Below are positions 42,112 through 49,312 of a DNA stretch of 64,000 bases, piece after piece. Positions within the stretch are counted from its first letter, which is position 1, and each line of letters opens with the position of its first letter. This DNA is from a virus (taxonomy: Duplodnaviria > Caudoviricetes), in IMG/VR virus record IMGVR_UViG_3300032138_000006, positions 29,325-93,324 of that record; one strand, written 5' to 3'. A program made the translations under genes and the position numbers. The notes under the pieces were generated by a model that was not told where the DNA came from, searched no databases, and saw only the letters and a list, made by a program, of their open reading frames with translations.

Positions 42112-42812
42112 AACTTTTAATGGAAAGCTGGCGAAAGTTCTTGACAACCTTGAACGAAGATGGTACAGTTAGGTCTGGCATCCAAAATGGTCACTACTCT
42201 CGGGATACCCGTAACAAGATTGGCTTTGATGGTTATGCCAAGAGCACAGACCCCGCATCTAAAACGAAAGGAGGCTTCTTGGCAGAAGCAGCTAAAGATA
42301 CCATTGTAGCATTTTTCGGACCATCTGGGTCTGGGAAGAGCTTCGCTAAGAAACATTTTGTGGACCAAGGCTGGAGGGAGATCCGCACCAACACCACCCG
42401 CCCGCCAAGAGGAGCGGAGGATAAAGAATATAATTTCTGGTCAGAAGAAGAGTTCAAAGAGCTTATGGATGCTGGCAAGCTCGTTAACACGAACGAGTAC
42501 CAAGGGAATTGGTATGGCACCCATGTCGACGATCTTAATGAGCCGGGTTCAGCCGTGATGCTTACGGACACAACCAGCTTGGATAAGCTCAAGCAGGTAG
42601 CCGGGGATCGCCTCACTCTTGTATACACCGCCCCGCCTTCAGATGCGGAGATGGAAAAGAGACACAAGGATCGTGGCACGCCAGAGCGACTGGCAGTTGC
42701 AGCCGCAGAGAAGGAGCGGGACACTGCCGAACTCGCAGATCGCGGCGACGTGCTGACCGTCAACAATCAACAAGAAATTGAAGATTTAGAGCAGCAATTG
42801 CGTGCTTTTTAG
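42108..42812 (+). CDS. gmk: Guanylate kinase with leader peptide
   Basis: GPSGSGKS, TTRPPR.E..EYNF, EYQGNWYGT; N-terminal MKLLMESWRKFL. Confidence 0.8.
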   Translation: MKLLMESWRKFLTTLNEDGTVRSGIQNGHYSRDTRNKIGFDGYAKSTDPASKTKGGFLAEAAKDTIVAFFGPSGSGKSFAKKHFVDQGWREIRTNTTRPPRGAEDKEYNFWSEEEFKELMDAGKLVNTNEYQGNWYGTHVDDLNEPGSAVMLTDTTSLDKLKQVAGDRLTLVYTAPPSDAEMEKRHKDRGTPERLAVAAAEKERDTAELADRGDVLTVNNQQEIEDLEQQLRAF

Positions 42813-42863
42813 ACTGTAGCTCTCTACTTAATCCAAGCGATTAAATGTGGAGGAACACATGCT

Positions 42864-43013
42864 GTGGAATATTTTGTTATATCATCTGGTTGCCCCGAAT
42901 TATATAAAGAAGTGACAAAAATCATTGAGGATTGGGGCGTCTCGCACCGAATCAAGGTCGTCAAAAGTGTCGCCGTCATCGACAATCAACAAAAAAAAAT
43001 AAAAAACGCATAA
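42864..43013 (+). CDS. Small hypothetical protein (49 aa)
   Basis: GTG start after GGAGGA; MEYFVISSGCPELYKEV... Confidence 0.4.
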   Translation: MEYFVISSGCPELYKEVTKIIEDWGVSHRIKVVKSVAVIDNQQKKIKNA

Positions 43014-43114
43014 GAAAACCTCTTTTAGTATCCCTTTGGTGTTATTTACTTTAGACGGGCTTCACGCCGGTCGTTTAAAGCAATGAGATAAACCCACCCC
43101 AAAGGAGATCCGCA

Positions 43115-43738
43115 GTGGCGCGAGACACCAAAGCAAAATACATATTGATTTGGCTGTTTGCGACAAGCGTTTTATATTTTTTAGTTCAATATGCGGTAAG
43201 TCATAGCTATTCTTTCATGACCCCGCTTGATAATCTCATTCCTTTTGTGCCCGAGTTCATCTGGCTGTATCATACTCTGATTCCGGCAATTATTATAACG
43301 ACGATCTTTTCTATGGAAAAGAGGAGTGTGTTTTTTAATACCATATTGGCTTTATCCATTTCAGCCGTAATATTAACAATTTGTCATATACTGTTTCCTT
43401 CTTTTTACCCGCGGCAAGCAATAGATACAGGCTCCATATCACTGTGGCTAGTGGAGGTGACTAGGGCAATGGACGCCGCATGCAACACTTTTCCATCTGG
43501 ACATGTTGCCTTTGCGTGGATTTTATATTTTTGTATTGGCGACGCTGAGTGCATAAAGAGAACGAAGTGGCTTCGACTGACCTATTTACTGTGGGCAATT
43601 TTAATTACTTTGTCCACGCTGGTTCTTAAGCAACATTATATCTTTGATGTTGTCTCAGGGCTTGCGCTGGCGTGGCTGTCTGTTGCTGCGGCAAAGAAGA
43701 TAAGAGGTCGGTATTTTCATGCGAACGAAAACCTTTGA
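43115..43738 (+). CDS. PAP2-family membrane phosphatase/phosphotransferase
   Basis: Multiple TM helices; NTFPSGH; KQHYIFDV. Confidence 0.85.
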   Translation: MARDTKAKYILIWLFATSVLYFLVQYAVSHSYSFMTPLDNLIPFVPEFIWLYHTLIPAIIITTIFSMEKRSVFFNTILALSISAVILTICHILFPSFYPRQAIDTGSISLWLVEVTRAMDAACNTFPSGHVAFAWILYFCIGDAECIKRTKWLRLTYLLWAILITLSTLVLKQHYIFDVVSGLALAWLSVAAAKKIRGRYFHANENL

Positions 43739-44354
43739 AGATGTTCAGCGACAAGATAGCGAAAAGCTAATTCGAGAAGTGTTGGCGGGGCGCTATTTTT
43801 CACTCTCGTTTGAGAATTTTTTATTACGCGAACGCGCCGAGCATACAGAAATTGAGTGCCGTGTTAGCATGACAAGCGAAGACACTCACACCATAGAAAG
43901 CAAAGAGATTTGCGGCTTTGGAAGTGGACCGGTCGACGCGCTATTTAATTCAATTATAAAAGAATATGTTGATGACTGTGTGTCGTTACAGTGTCTACTG
44001 GTGGAGGAATTTTATATTTTTGTTGATGAGCAAGACTTGCGCAAAAGAATTCGCGAAGGAAAAACGGGCACAGATGCAATGGTAAAAACCTGCCTTGTTA
44101 TTAACAATGGCAATAACACGCTGATACCCTTTCGCTCCGAACGCAGATCTGTGATATTGGCTATGTTGGATGTCGTGTTTTCAGCAATTGAATTTTTTAT
44201 TAATTCTGAGCGTGCGGTACACTCTCTTCGAAAGTATGTTGATCATGCTAGCGCGAGAGGTCGTCAAGACTTGGTTGAAAAATATATATTCAAGATGGCG
44301 CAGTTGGTTAAAAATGCCTCCTATGTAGAGAGCTTGCGAGGGACGAATGATTGA
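43719..44354 (+). CDS. LeuA regulatory-domain-like protein
   Basis: GFGSGPVDALFNSI and GTDAMVKT motifs. Confidence 0.45.
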   Translation: MRTKTFEDVQRQDSEKLIREVLAGRYFSLSFENFLLRERAEHTEIECRVSMTSEDTHTIESKEICGFGSGPVDALFNSIIKEYVDDCVSLQCLLVEEFYIFVDEQDLRKRIREGKTGTDAMVKTCLVINNGNNTLIPFRSERRSVILAMLDVVFSAIEFFINSERAVHSLRKYVDHASARGRQDLVEKYIFKMAQLVKNASYVESLRGTND

Positions 44355-44680
44355 AACGCAAAATGACTTCTAACGATATTCAGACAATCTGTCAAAGATT
44401 GGCGATTGGGGCACTTGTACGTTATTTGGACATATACAGCGTTGCTCTTGATGAGCCGCCGGTTGGCATCGTCTCAGCGATTCCAGATGAATGCGTGGGT
44501 ATGGTCGTTGATGTCTTCGCAGCAATTAGTCAAATAGCTGATGACGAAGAAGAGGTTTTCTGGAATTACGAAATATATAGAACTGAGGGGTTTCGAGAGG
44601 TGATTACGAGCGAAGATATAGAATGGCTAGTCGTTAATGACAACTTTGAAATATTATATTCCCCGGTTGACAAAAAATGA
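44351..44680 (+). CDS. SH3-like hypothetical protein
   Basis: IGALVRY...VGMVVD...FEIL. Confidence 0.5.
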   Translation: MKRKMTSNDIQTICQRLAIGALVRYLDIYSVALDEPPVGIVSAIPDECVGMVVDVFAAISQIADDEEEVFWNYEIYRTEGFREVITSEDIEWLVVNDNFEILYSPVDKK

Positions 44681-44701
44681 AAGAGCGAGGCTTAATGAAA
44701 A

Positions 44702-44905
44702 ATGACAATAGAAAGACTGTTGGTGATCTTAGAAGATAAAATAGATGAGCATGAATCCGTGGTGGATGGCGGATCCGCAGAGGATCTCAGTTATCACGAA
44801 GGATGCGCTTCTGCATACCGGTGGATGCTTGAAATTGTTGAGCGTGCGTTTTTGCATGGTGAACTGGGCACCTTGCCAGATGAGGAAGAAGAGGATTCAT
44901 GGTAG
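44702..44905 (+). CDS. Small acidic hypothetical protein
   Basis: 67 aa ORF. Confidence 0.5.
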   Translation: MTIERLLVILEDKIDEHESVVDGGSAEDLSYHEGCASAYRWMLEIVERAFLHGELGTLPDEEEEDSW

Positions 44906-45114
44906 GTAACGAAAAAGATCCTAGTATTGGAGACATGGTGCGAATTGAAAAGGCAGCGGATTGCGTTGGCTTTGTGGTTGAGATATCTGATGTTTGGACG
45001 CCGAGTAAAACTCATCACGCCAAGGTGTATTGGATTGCTGGTGATTATGTTGAATCTGGGTCGTCGCTGTCTTGGGTGCCGCTAAACATTTTAGAATGTA
45101 TTTCTAAGGGGTAA
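44899..45114 (+). CDS. MKVGDLV-type small SH3/KOW-like protein
   Basis: PSIGDMVRI...LECISKG. Confidence 0.6.
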   Translation: MVGNEKDPSIGDMVRIEKAADCVGFVVEISDVWTPSKTHHAKVYWIAGDYVESGSSLSWVPLNILECISKG

Positions 45115-45196
45115 ATCTACTATACATAGAATATTTATTGTGCTAGTATCATATAAGTTGCTATAACAGAGCAACGTTTCAAGGAGGGATTTTTCG

Positions 45197-45349
45197 ATGG
45201 CTAGGAAACTTGGTGGAAATGATAAGCAGACTAATGACCGCAAAGGGAAGAAGACCTATCAGGGTCGTGGCAAGGGTACAAAATATCCGCATAACCCGCG
45301 GAACAAAAAGCACAAGAAGAAGTATCGCGGACAAGGGCGTAGAAAATAA
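45197..45349 (+). CDS. Small basic protein of the KKYRGQG family (50 aa, not in the ORF track)
   Basis: AAGGAGG RBS; KKTYQGRGKGTKY...KKKYRGQGR, as seen in T4-like phages. Confidence 0.75.
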   Translation: MARKLGGNDKQTNDRKGKKTYQGRGKGTKYPHNPRNKKHKKKYRGQGRRK

Positions 45350-45433
45350 ATGTATCACGACTTTGATGACGTTGATTAAGTTCTTCATTTCGTTTGACTT
45401 TTACAACCCCTAATTATAGAGGGGTACCGACGA

Positions 45434-45712
45434 GTGGCAGACGATGGCATTATAAAACTTGTTCAATATAAATATAAGATCGGTGATCTGGTCGAATTTA
45501 AATTGTACAATGGTAATACGCGCTCTCATGAGATGATTGTCGGTGTCGTCCTTAAGAGGAATATTCAACATCACTACTGGTATAAAGAGGCTGAAAAGCA
45601 GGTCTTTGAGAGTGGGAGAGATTTTCTCATATATGATATCGCTCACGAATCTGGCATATATACTGTCAAAGAAAAAGAAATTTTAAAGCTAGTTTCTGCA
45701 AAACTTAATTAA
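45434..45712 (+). CDS. MKVGDLV-type SH3-like protein
   Basis: YKIGDLVEF...LKLVSA. Confidence 0.6.
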   Translation: MADDGIIKLVQYKYKIGDLVEFKLYNGNTRSHEMIVGVVLKRNIQHHYWYKEAEKQVFESGRDFLIYDIAHESGIYTVKEKEILKLVSAKLN

Positions 45713-45725
45713 CATTTGGTCCTTA

Positions 45726-46688
45726 ATGTATTATGATAGGTGTATGGAAAATAAAATTAATTTGTTTCGTGATAATCAAGGCTACGTTGGCTTAATCGGC
45801 GTCAATGGCAGCGATATCTCAGTGCTTGATATTAAAAATGGTCTTTCGGGATCCCCCGAGGACGCCCTCGCCGAAGAATGCAAGAGCAGGATCGCGCACT
45901 TGATAGAACAGGATCACCTTGAGACCTTAGAGCACTGCAACTTGATGTTCAGGGTACGAGCGCCCTTGTTTGTTGCCAGAGAGCACATGAGTCTCCTCGG
46001 CTGGAATTGTAACGAAGAAGACAAATATCACGCGGATATTAATACGAAGTTTTATGAGCCCGGAGCTTATCGATCCAAAGAGCGGCACGGATTTGATCAG
46101 GCAGTTATCAATCCCGTCTTGCAAGACAAGGTTCGTTTAGGCAAGTTTCGAGTTTATCGAGCGACAAAGGCTCTGAGCATCTATCATGAAAGCGCCTTAA
46201 GGCTTTATAAGCATATGACGCAGGCGGGCATATGCAGGACGCAGGCGATGGCTGCGCTGCCGCAGAATGTGTACATAGAATACTGTGCTAGCGCCAGTCT
46301 CTGTGATGCTTTGAGATTCGCATGCTCGGTCGACGACGCCGAGGTGTTACCAGAATTAAGAGATTTGGCACGCGGGGTTTTGGAGATCACAGAAAAAGCA
46401 TTTCCAGCAACAACTGGCGAATGGCTGCGCTCGACCCGAAAGAGGCAGTCGGCTGTTGCTCAGCGGCTAGCCAAGCTTGACCAATTGATCAACATCACCG
46501 AAAAGCTGAATTCAGAACAACAAATAAAAGTTAGCAAGATTAAGAAATACTTAGAAAGCAAAGGAGAAGCTAAAAATGAATATTCTATATCAGAAAGGGA
46601 ACAAGGGGCAGGAAGTACGGAGGATCCAAAAGAAAATCGGCGTAAAGCCAGATGGCGTTTTTGGTCCAAGGACGAAGGAGACAGTTAA
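45726..46688 (+). CDS. ThyX-like protein with degenerate active site and coiled-coil tail
   Basis: HLETLEH..MFRVRAPLFVARE, G.C..QA...LPQ, FP; RHR motif absent. Confidence 0.65.
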   Translation: MYYDRCMENKINLFRDNQGYVGLIGVNGSDISVLDIKNGLSGSPEDALAEECKSRIAHLIEQDHLETLEHCNLMFRVRAPLFVAREHMSLLGWNCNEEDKYHADINTKFYEPGAYRSKERHGFDQAVINPVLQDKVRLGKFRVYRATKALSIYHESALRLYKHMTQAGICRTQAMAALPQNVYIEYCASASLCDALRFACSVDDAEVLPELRDLARGVLEITEKAFPATTGEWLRSTRKRQSAVAQRLAKLDQLINITEKLNSEQQIKVSKIKKYLESKGEAKNEYSISEREQGAGSTEDPKENRRKARWRFWSKDEGDS

Positions 46689-47406
46689 GCTATTTCAGCT
46701 TGATAATCAACTAGAAGATGACGGCATTGTTGGTCCTAAGACCCTAGCAGCGATGGGGTTGGACACCTTTCATGGCATCGACGTAAGCCGCTGGAACGGA
46801 AATGTTCGCTGGGGCAATGTTAATTTAGACCATTGCCAGTTTGTTTGGGCAAAAATGTCCCAAGGTGTGGACTGGTATGACAAGTGCCGCGAGCATAACT
46901 TAGAAGGATGTCGCGCTAACGGAATTCCTGTTGGTGGTTACCATTTCCCATCTCCGCATATCGGAGGGAGCCAAGATCCAAAGAGAGAGGTAGAGCAATT
47001 CCTCCGCGCACTTGGAGAGATTAAAAGCGGGGATATGCTGCCGGTTTTAGATTTAGAAGCAGGGGTGAAGGGAGATCCTGATCATAACCGACAATGGGCG
47101 TTGGAGTTTCTTCAAGAGTTTGAAAACGAAACAGGCATTAAGTGCATTGTATATACTGCAACTTGGTATACATATAGCTACCTTAAAAATAATGTTGGAG
47201 ATCTGAAGAACTATCCACTATGGGTGGCTGATTACACCAATAGCAGATATGAGCCAGACAGCACTTGCGGCTGGGACGAATGGTCGGCTTGGCAGTATAC
47301 TGGGAATGGATATGTCGCTGGCTTAGACGAGACTGGAATTCGCAAGTGTGATCGAAATATCATCCCCGGCGGCGCTAGTGCATTTAATAATCTTAAAGTA
47401 AAATGA
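46576..47406 (+). CDS. Endolysin: peptidoglycan-binding domain + GH25 muramidase
   Basis: DGVFGPRT..FQ..DGIVGPKT; GIDVSRW; VLDLE; LWVADY; WQYT. Confidence 0.9.
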   Translation: MNILYQKGNKGQEVRRIQKKIGVKPDGVFGPRTKETVKLFQLDNQLEDDGIVGPKTLAAMGLDTFHGIDVSRWNGNVRWGNVNLDHCQFVWAKMSQGVDWYDKCREHNLEGCRANGIPVGGYHFPSPHIGGSQDPKREVEQFLRALGEIKSGDMLPVLDLEAGVKGDPDHNRQWALEFLQEFENETGIKCIVYTATWYTYSYLKNNVGDLKNYPLWVADYTNSRYEPDSTCGWDEWSAWQYTGNGYVAGLDETGIRKCDRNIIPGGASAFNNLKVK

Positions 47407-47413
47407 GGAACTG

Positions 47414-47584
47414 ATGTTTGAAAAGGAATATCTTATTACATTTAAAGCGGAGCAAGCCGCCAAGCAGTATGAGGTCAGCAAGCCCGATTTTCCATCTGCA
47501 ACATCGTGGGCGTATCAAAAACGCCACCAACTGACAATGGGCATGGGAAGAAATTGGCGAATTGTTGCCGTAAAAGAAAAATAA
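47414..47584 (+). CDS. Small hypothetical protein (56 aa)
   Basis: GAGG RBS; MFEKEYLITF...WRIVAVKEK. Confidence 0.5.
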   Translation: MFEKEYLITFKAEQAAKQYEVSKPDFPSATSWAYQKRHQLTMGMGRNWRIVAVKEK

Positions 47585-47627
47585 TAAGCATTTTATATTC
47601 ACCCTCCCCTAGTTAGAATTAAAAGGA

Positions 47628-48110
47628 GTGAGATTATACGAGCTTGGGATAACTATCCAGATATTACTTGCTGTTATATATGCCAACTTATTTGAGTGGG
47701 TGATACATAAATACATCTTGCACGATCTTGGCAAGAAGAAAAACTTCCTTCGCTTTCACTGGTCTCACCACCAATCCACTCGTAAATCAGGCGGCTATGA
47801 CCTTGACTACAAAACTCTATTCCCACTATCAAAAGAAGCCATCGCGCTTCTTTTTTCGTTTGCACTCCATATTCCCTTATTTTGGTACTATCCGTATTTC
47901 GCCGGTGCACTGGGAGTGTATGCTCTTGCTTACTTCGTTGTACATCGCAAGGCACATTTAGATCCAGACTGGGGACGCAAATGGATCCCTTGGCACTTCG
48001 ACCACCACATGGGCAAGAACCAAGATTTAAATTGGTGTGTGCTGTTCCCTCTGTGGGATCATATCTTGGGTACCAGAAAAAAATATAAAATAAATGAAAA
48101 AAAGACTTGA
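47628..48110 (+). CDS. Fatty acid hydroxylase/sterol desaturase family protein
   Basis: HKYILH, HWSHH, HRKAH, HFDHH, WDHILGT. Confidence 0.85.
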   Translation: MRLYELGITIQILLAVIYANLFEWVIHKYILHDLGKKKNFLRFHWSHHQSTRKSGGYDLDYKTLFPLSKEAIALLFSFALHIPLFWYYPYFAGALGVYALAYFVVHRKAHLDPDWGRKWIPWHFDHHMGKNQDLNWCVLFPLWDHILGTRKKYKINEKKT

Positions 48111-48135
48111 CTTTCTTATCAAGTTATGGTCTAAT
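48107..48135 (+). promoter_or_regulatory. Sigma70-type promoter driving a non-coding unit
   Basis: TTGACT-17-TCTAAT with extended TG. Confidence 0.65.
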
Positions 48136-48143
48136 GTATATGT

Positions 48144-48215
48144 AAGTTGGTTGAGGGAAGTTAACTTCTGGTTGAAACAACGCTCAACAACTCAGCCAGC
48201 TTCGTTCTTTTAAAA
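48144..48215 (+). promoter_or_regulatory. Leader hairpin plus boxA-like antitermination sequence
   Basis: 12 bp stem AAGTTGGTTGAG/CTCAGCCAGCTT followed by GTTCTTTTAAAA. Confidence 0.5.
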
Positions 48216-48223
48216 ATAGGTAC

Positions 48224-48551
48224 GATGAAGCAACAGGACGGCAATCTTGTGGGCTTGAGCAATAAGGATAGAGGGCGGTTGCCGCCGTCTGATGAAATAA
48301 GATATCCTGCTTGGGGCGTTCGAATCCCCCCATCTCATTTATGGTCGCGCCAATCGGTAGTCATGTAGGGTCACGAGCGAAAGCCTTGACTGATGAGTGG
48401 GTGTTATGCCGCCCTCCCGCGACCATTTCTTATGTGGGAGACACGAGCCAGAGTTTGGCAGTAGGTGAGGGTTAATGACCAATGCTGTCTTCGTGGTTGC
48501 GTAAGCGTTTTAGGTCGTGTCTAGCGTGGAGAAGCTGGGAACTCCACGCAT
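48224..48551 (+). ncRNA. Cluster of three structured, partly tRNA-like RNA domains of unknown class
   Basis: No + strand ORF of 60 aa or more; closing stems GATG/CATC, ATGGTCGCG/CGCGACCAT and AGACACGA/TCGTGTCT; GTTCGAATC T-loop. Confidence 0.6.
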
Positions 48552-48558
48552 TTTTTTT
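48524..48558 (+). terminator. Intrinsic terminator
   Basis: GCGTGGAG/CTCCACGC stem followed by A and T8. Confidence 0.7.
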
Positions 48559-48568
48559 GAAATATTTC

Positions 48569-48597
48569 TTGACAATCATTCTACACTATGCTACATT
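48569..48597 (+). promoter_or_regulatory. Sigma70-type promoter
   Basis: TTGACA-17-TACATT with extended TG. Confidence 0.75.
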
Positions 48598-48630
48598 GGC
48601 CATGTAAGATAAAGAAATTTAGGAGACATT

Positions 48631-48990
48631 ATGCCAGCACTTCCCATCTTTGATAAAGGCTTCACTCAGGAGGAAATCGAATTCGGTTTTCAGAAGTTTG
48701 TTGAAGGTGTTCAGCAGATCACTGCCGAGCATTACGCAACACAATTCCCTAATCTGAAGCCCAATGAGGTCCGCGTCGACGCTGGTCGTGTTTACTGGAA
48801 GCTCGTTAAGCACACTCCCGGTGACAAGTATGGCACCAGCGTTCATTGCTTTGTTCGCAAGGCAGACGGAGCGATCCTCAAGTCTGCAAGCTGGAAGGCT
48901 CCAGCCCTGAACCACCCTCGTGGTTTTGTCACCGATTCCGATTACGGTCTGCACTGTGCGAACTCATACGGGGTTGCTTACCTGCGATAA
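48631..48990 (+). CDS. Conserved early phage protein
   Basis: SVHCFV...G.ILKSASWKAPA...RG motif, common in large phages. Confidence 0.7.
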   Translation: MPALPIFDKGFTQEEIEFGFQKFVEGVQQITAEHYATQFPNLKPNEVRVDAGRVYWKLVKHTPGDKYGTSVHCFVRKADGAILKSASWKAPALNHPRGFVTDSDYGLHCANSYGVAYLR

Positions 48991-48999
48991 GGGCACATC

Positions 49000-49191
49000 A
49001 TGAAAGTAGGCGATCTCATAAGACCGCGCAATGTGCGGAAGGACAACCCTCAGCTTTTGGGGGTTGTTTTGCAAGTGCATCGAGAGAAATTTAAGAAGAC
49101 AAAGGTAACCGCAGTGTTCCCGTTAGGTGTTGGGCTCCGAACCCGGCTAGCTTCTCGCTTCGAGGTTGTAAGCGAGGGCAAAGATGCTTGA
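49000..49191 (+). CDS. MKVGDLV-type SH3-like protein
   Basis: MKVGDLIR...FEVVSE. Confidence 0.7.
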   Translation: MKVGDLIRPRNVRKDNPQLLGVVLQVHREKFKKTKVTAVFPLGVGLRTRLASRFEVVSEGKDA

Positions 49192-49312
49192 GATGACCCT
49201 AGCAGGAATAGCGTTTTTTTTGGTATCTGTTGGGTGGCTCTGGTATTCGCACATAATGCTTGACACCATGTTTCCGAAGATTGAAGACAAGAACGAAGAG
49301 GAAGAAGAGTGA
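49184..49312 (+). CDS. Single-TM micropeptide (42 aa)
   Basis: MLEMTLAGIAFFLVSVGWLWY...EEEEE; overlaps both neighbours. Confidence 0.45.
   Translation: MLEMTLAGIAFFLVSVGWLWYSHIMLDTMFPKIEDKNEEEEE

Noticed and set aside
48289-48400. CTGATGA twice (48289 and 48390), suggesting hammerhead ribozymes
   Set aside because: No stem II followed by GAAA in the required order, so the catalytic core cannot be completed.
48224-48426. Canonical tRNA genes
   Set aside because: No 7 nt anticodon loop, and D/T consensus bases do not occur together in either domain; reported as tRNA-like ncRNA instead.
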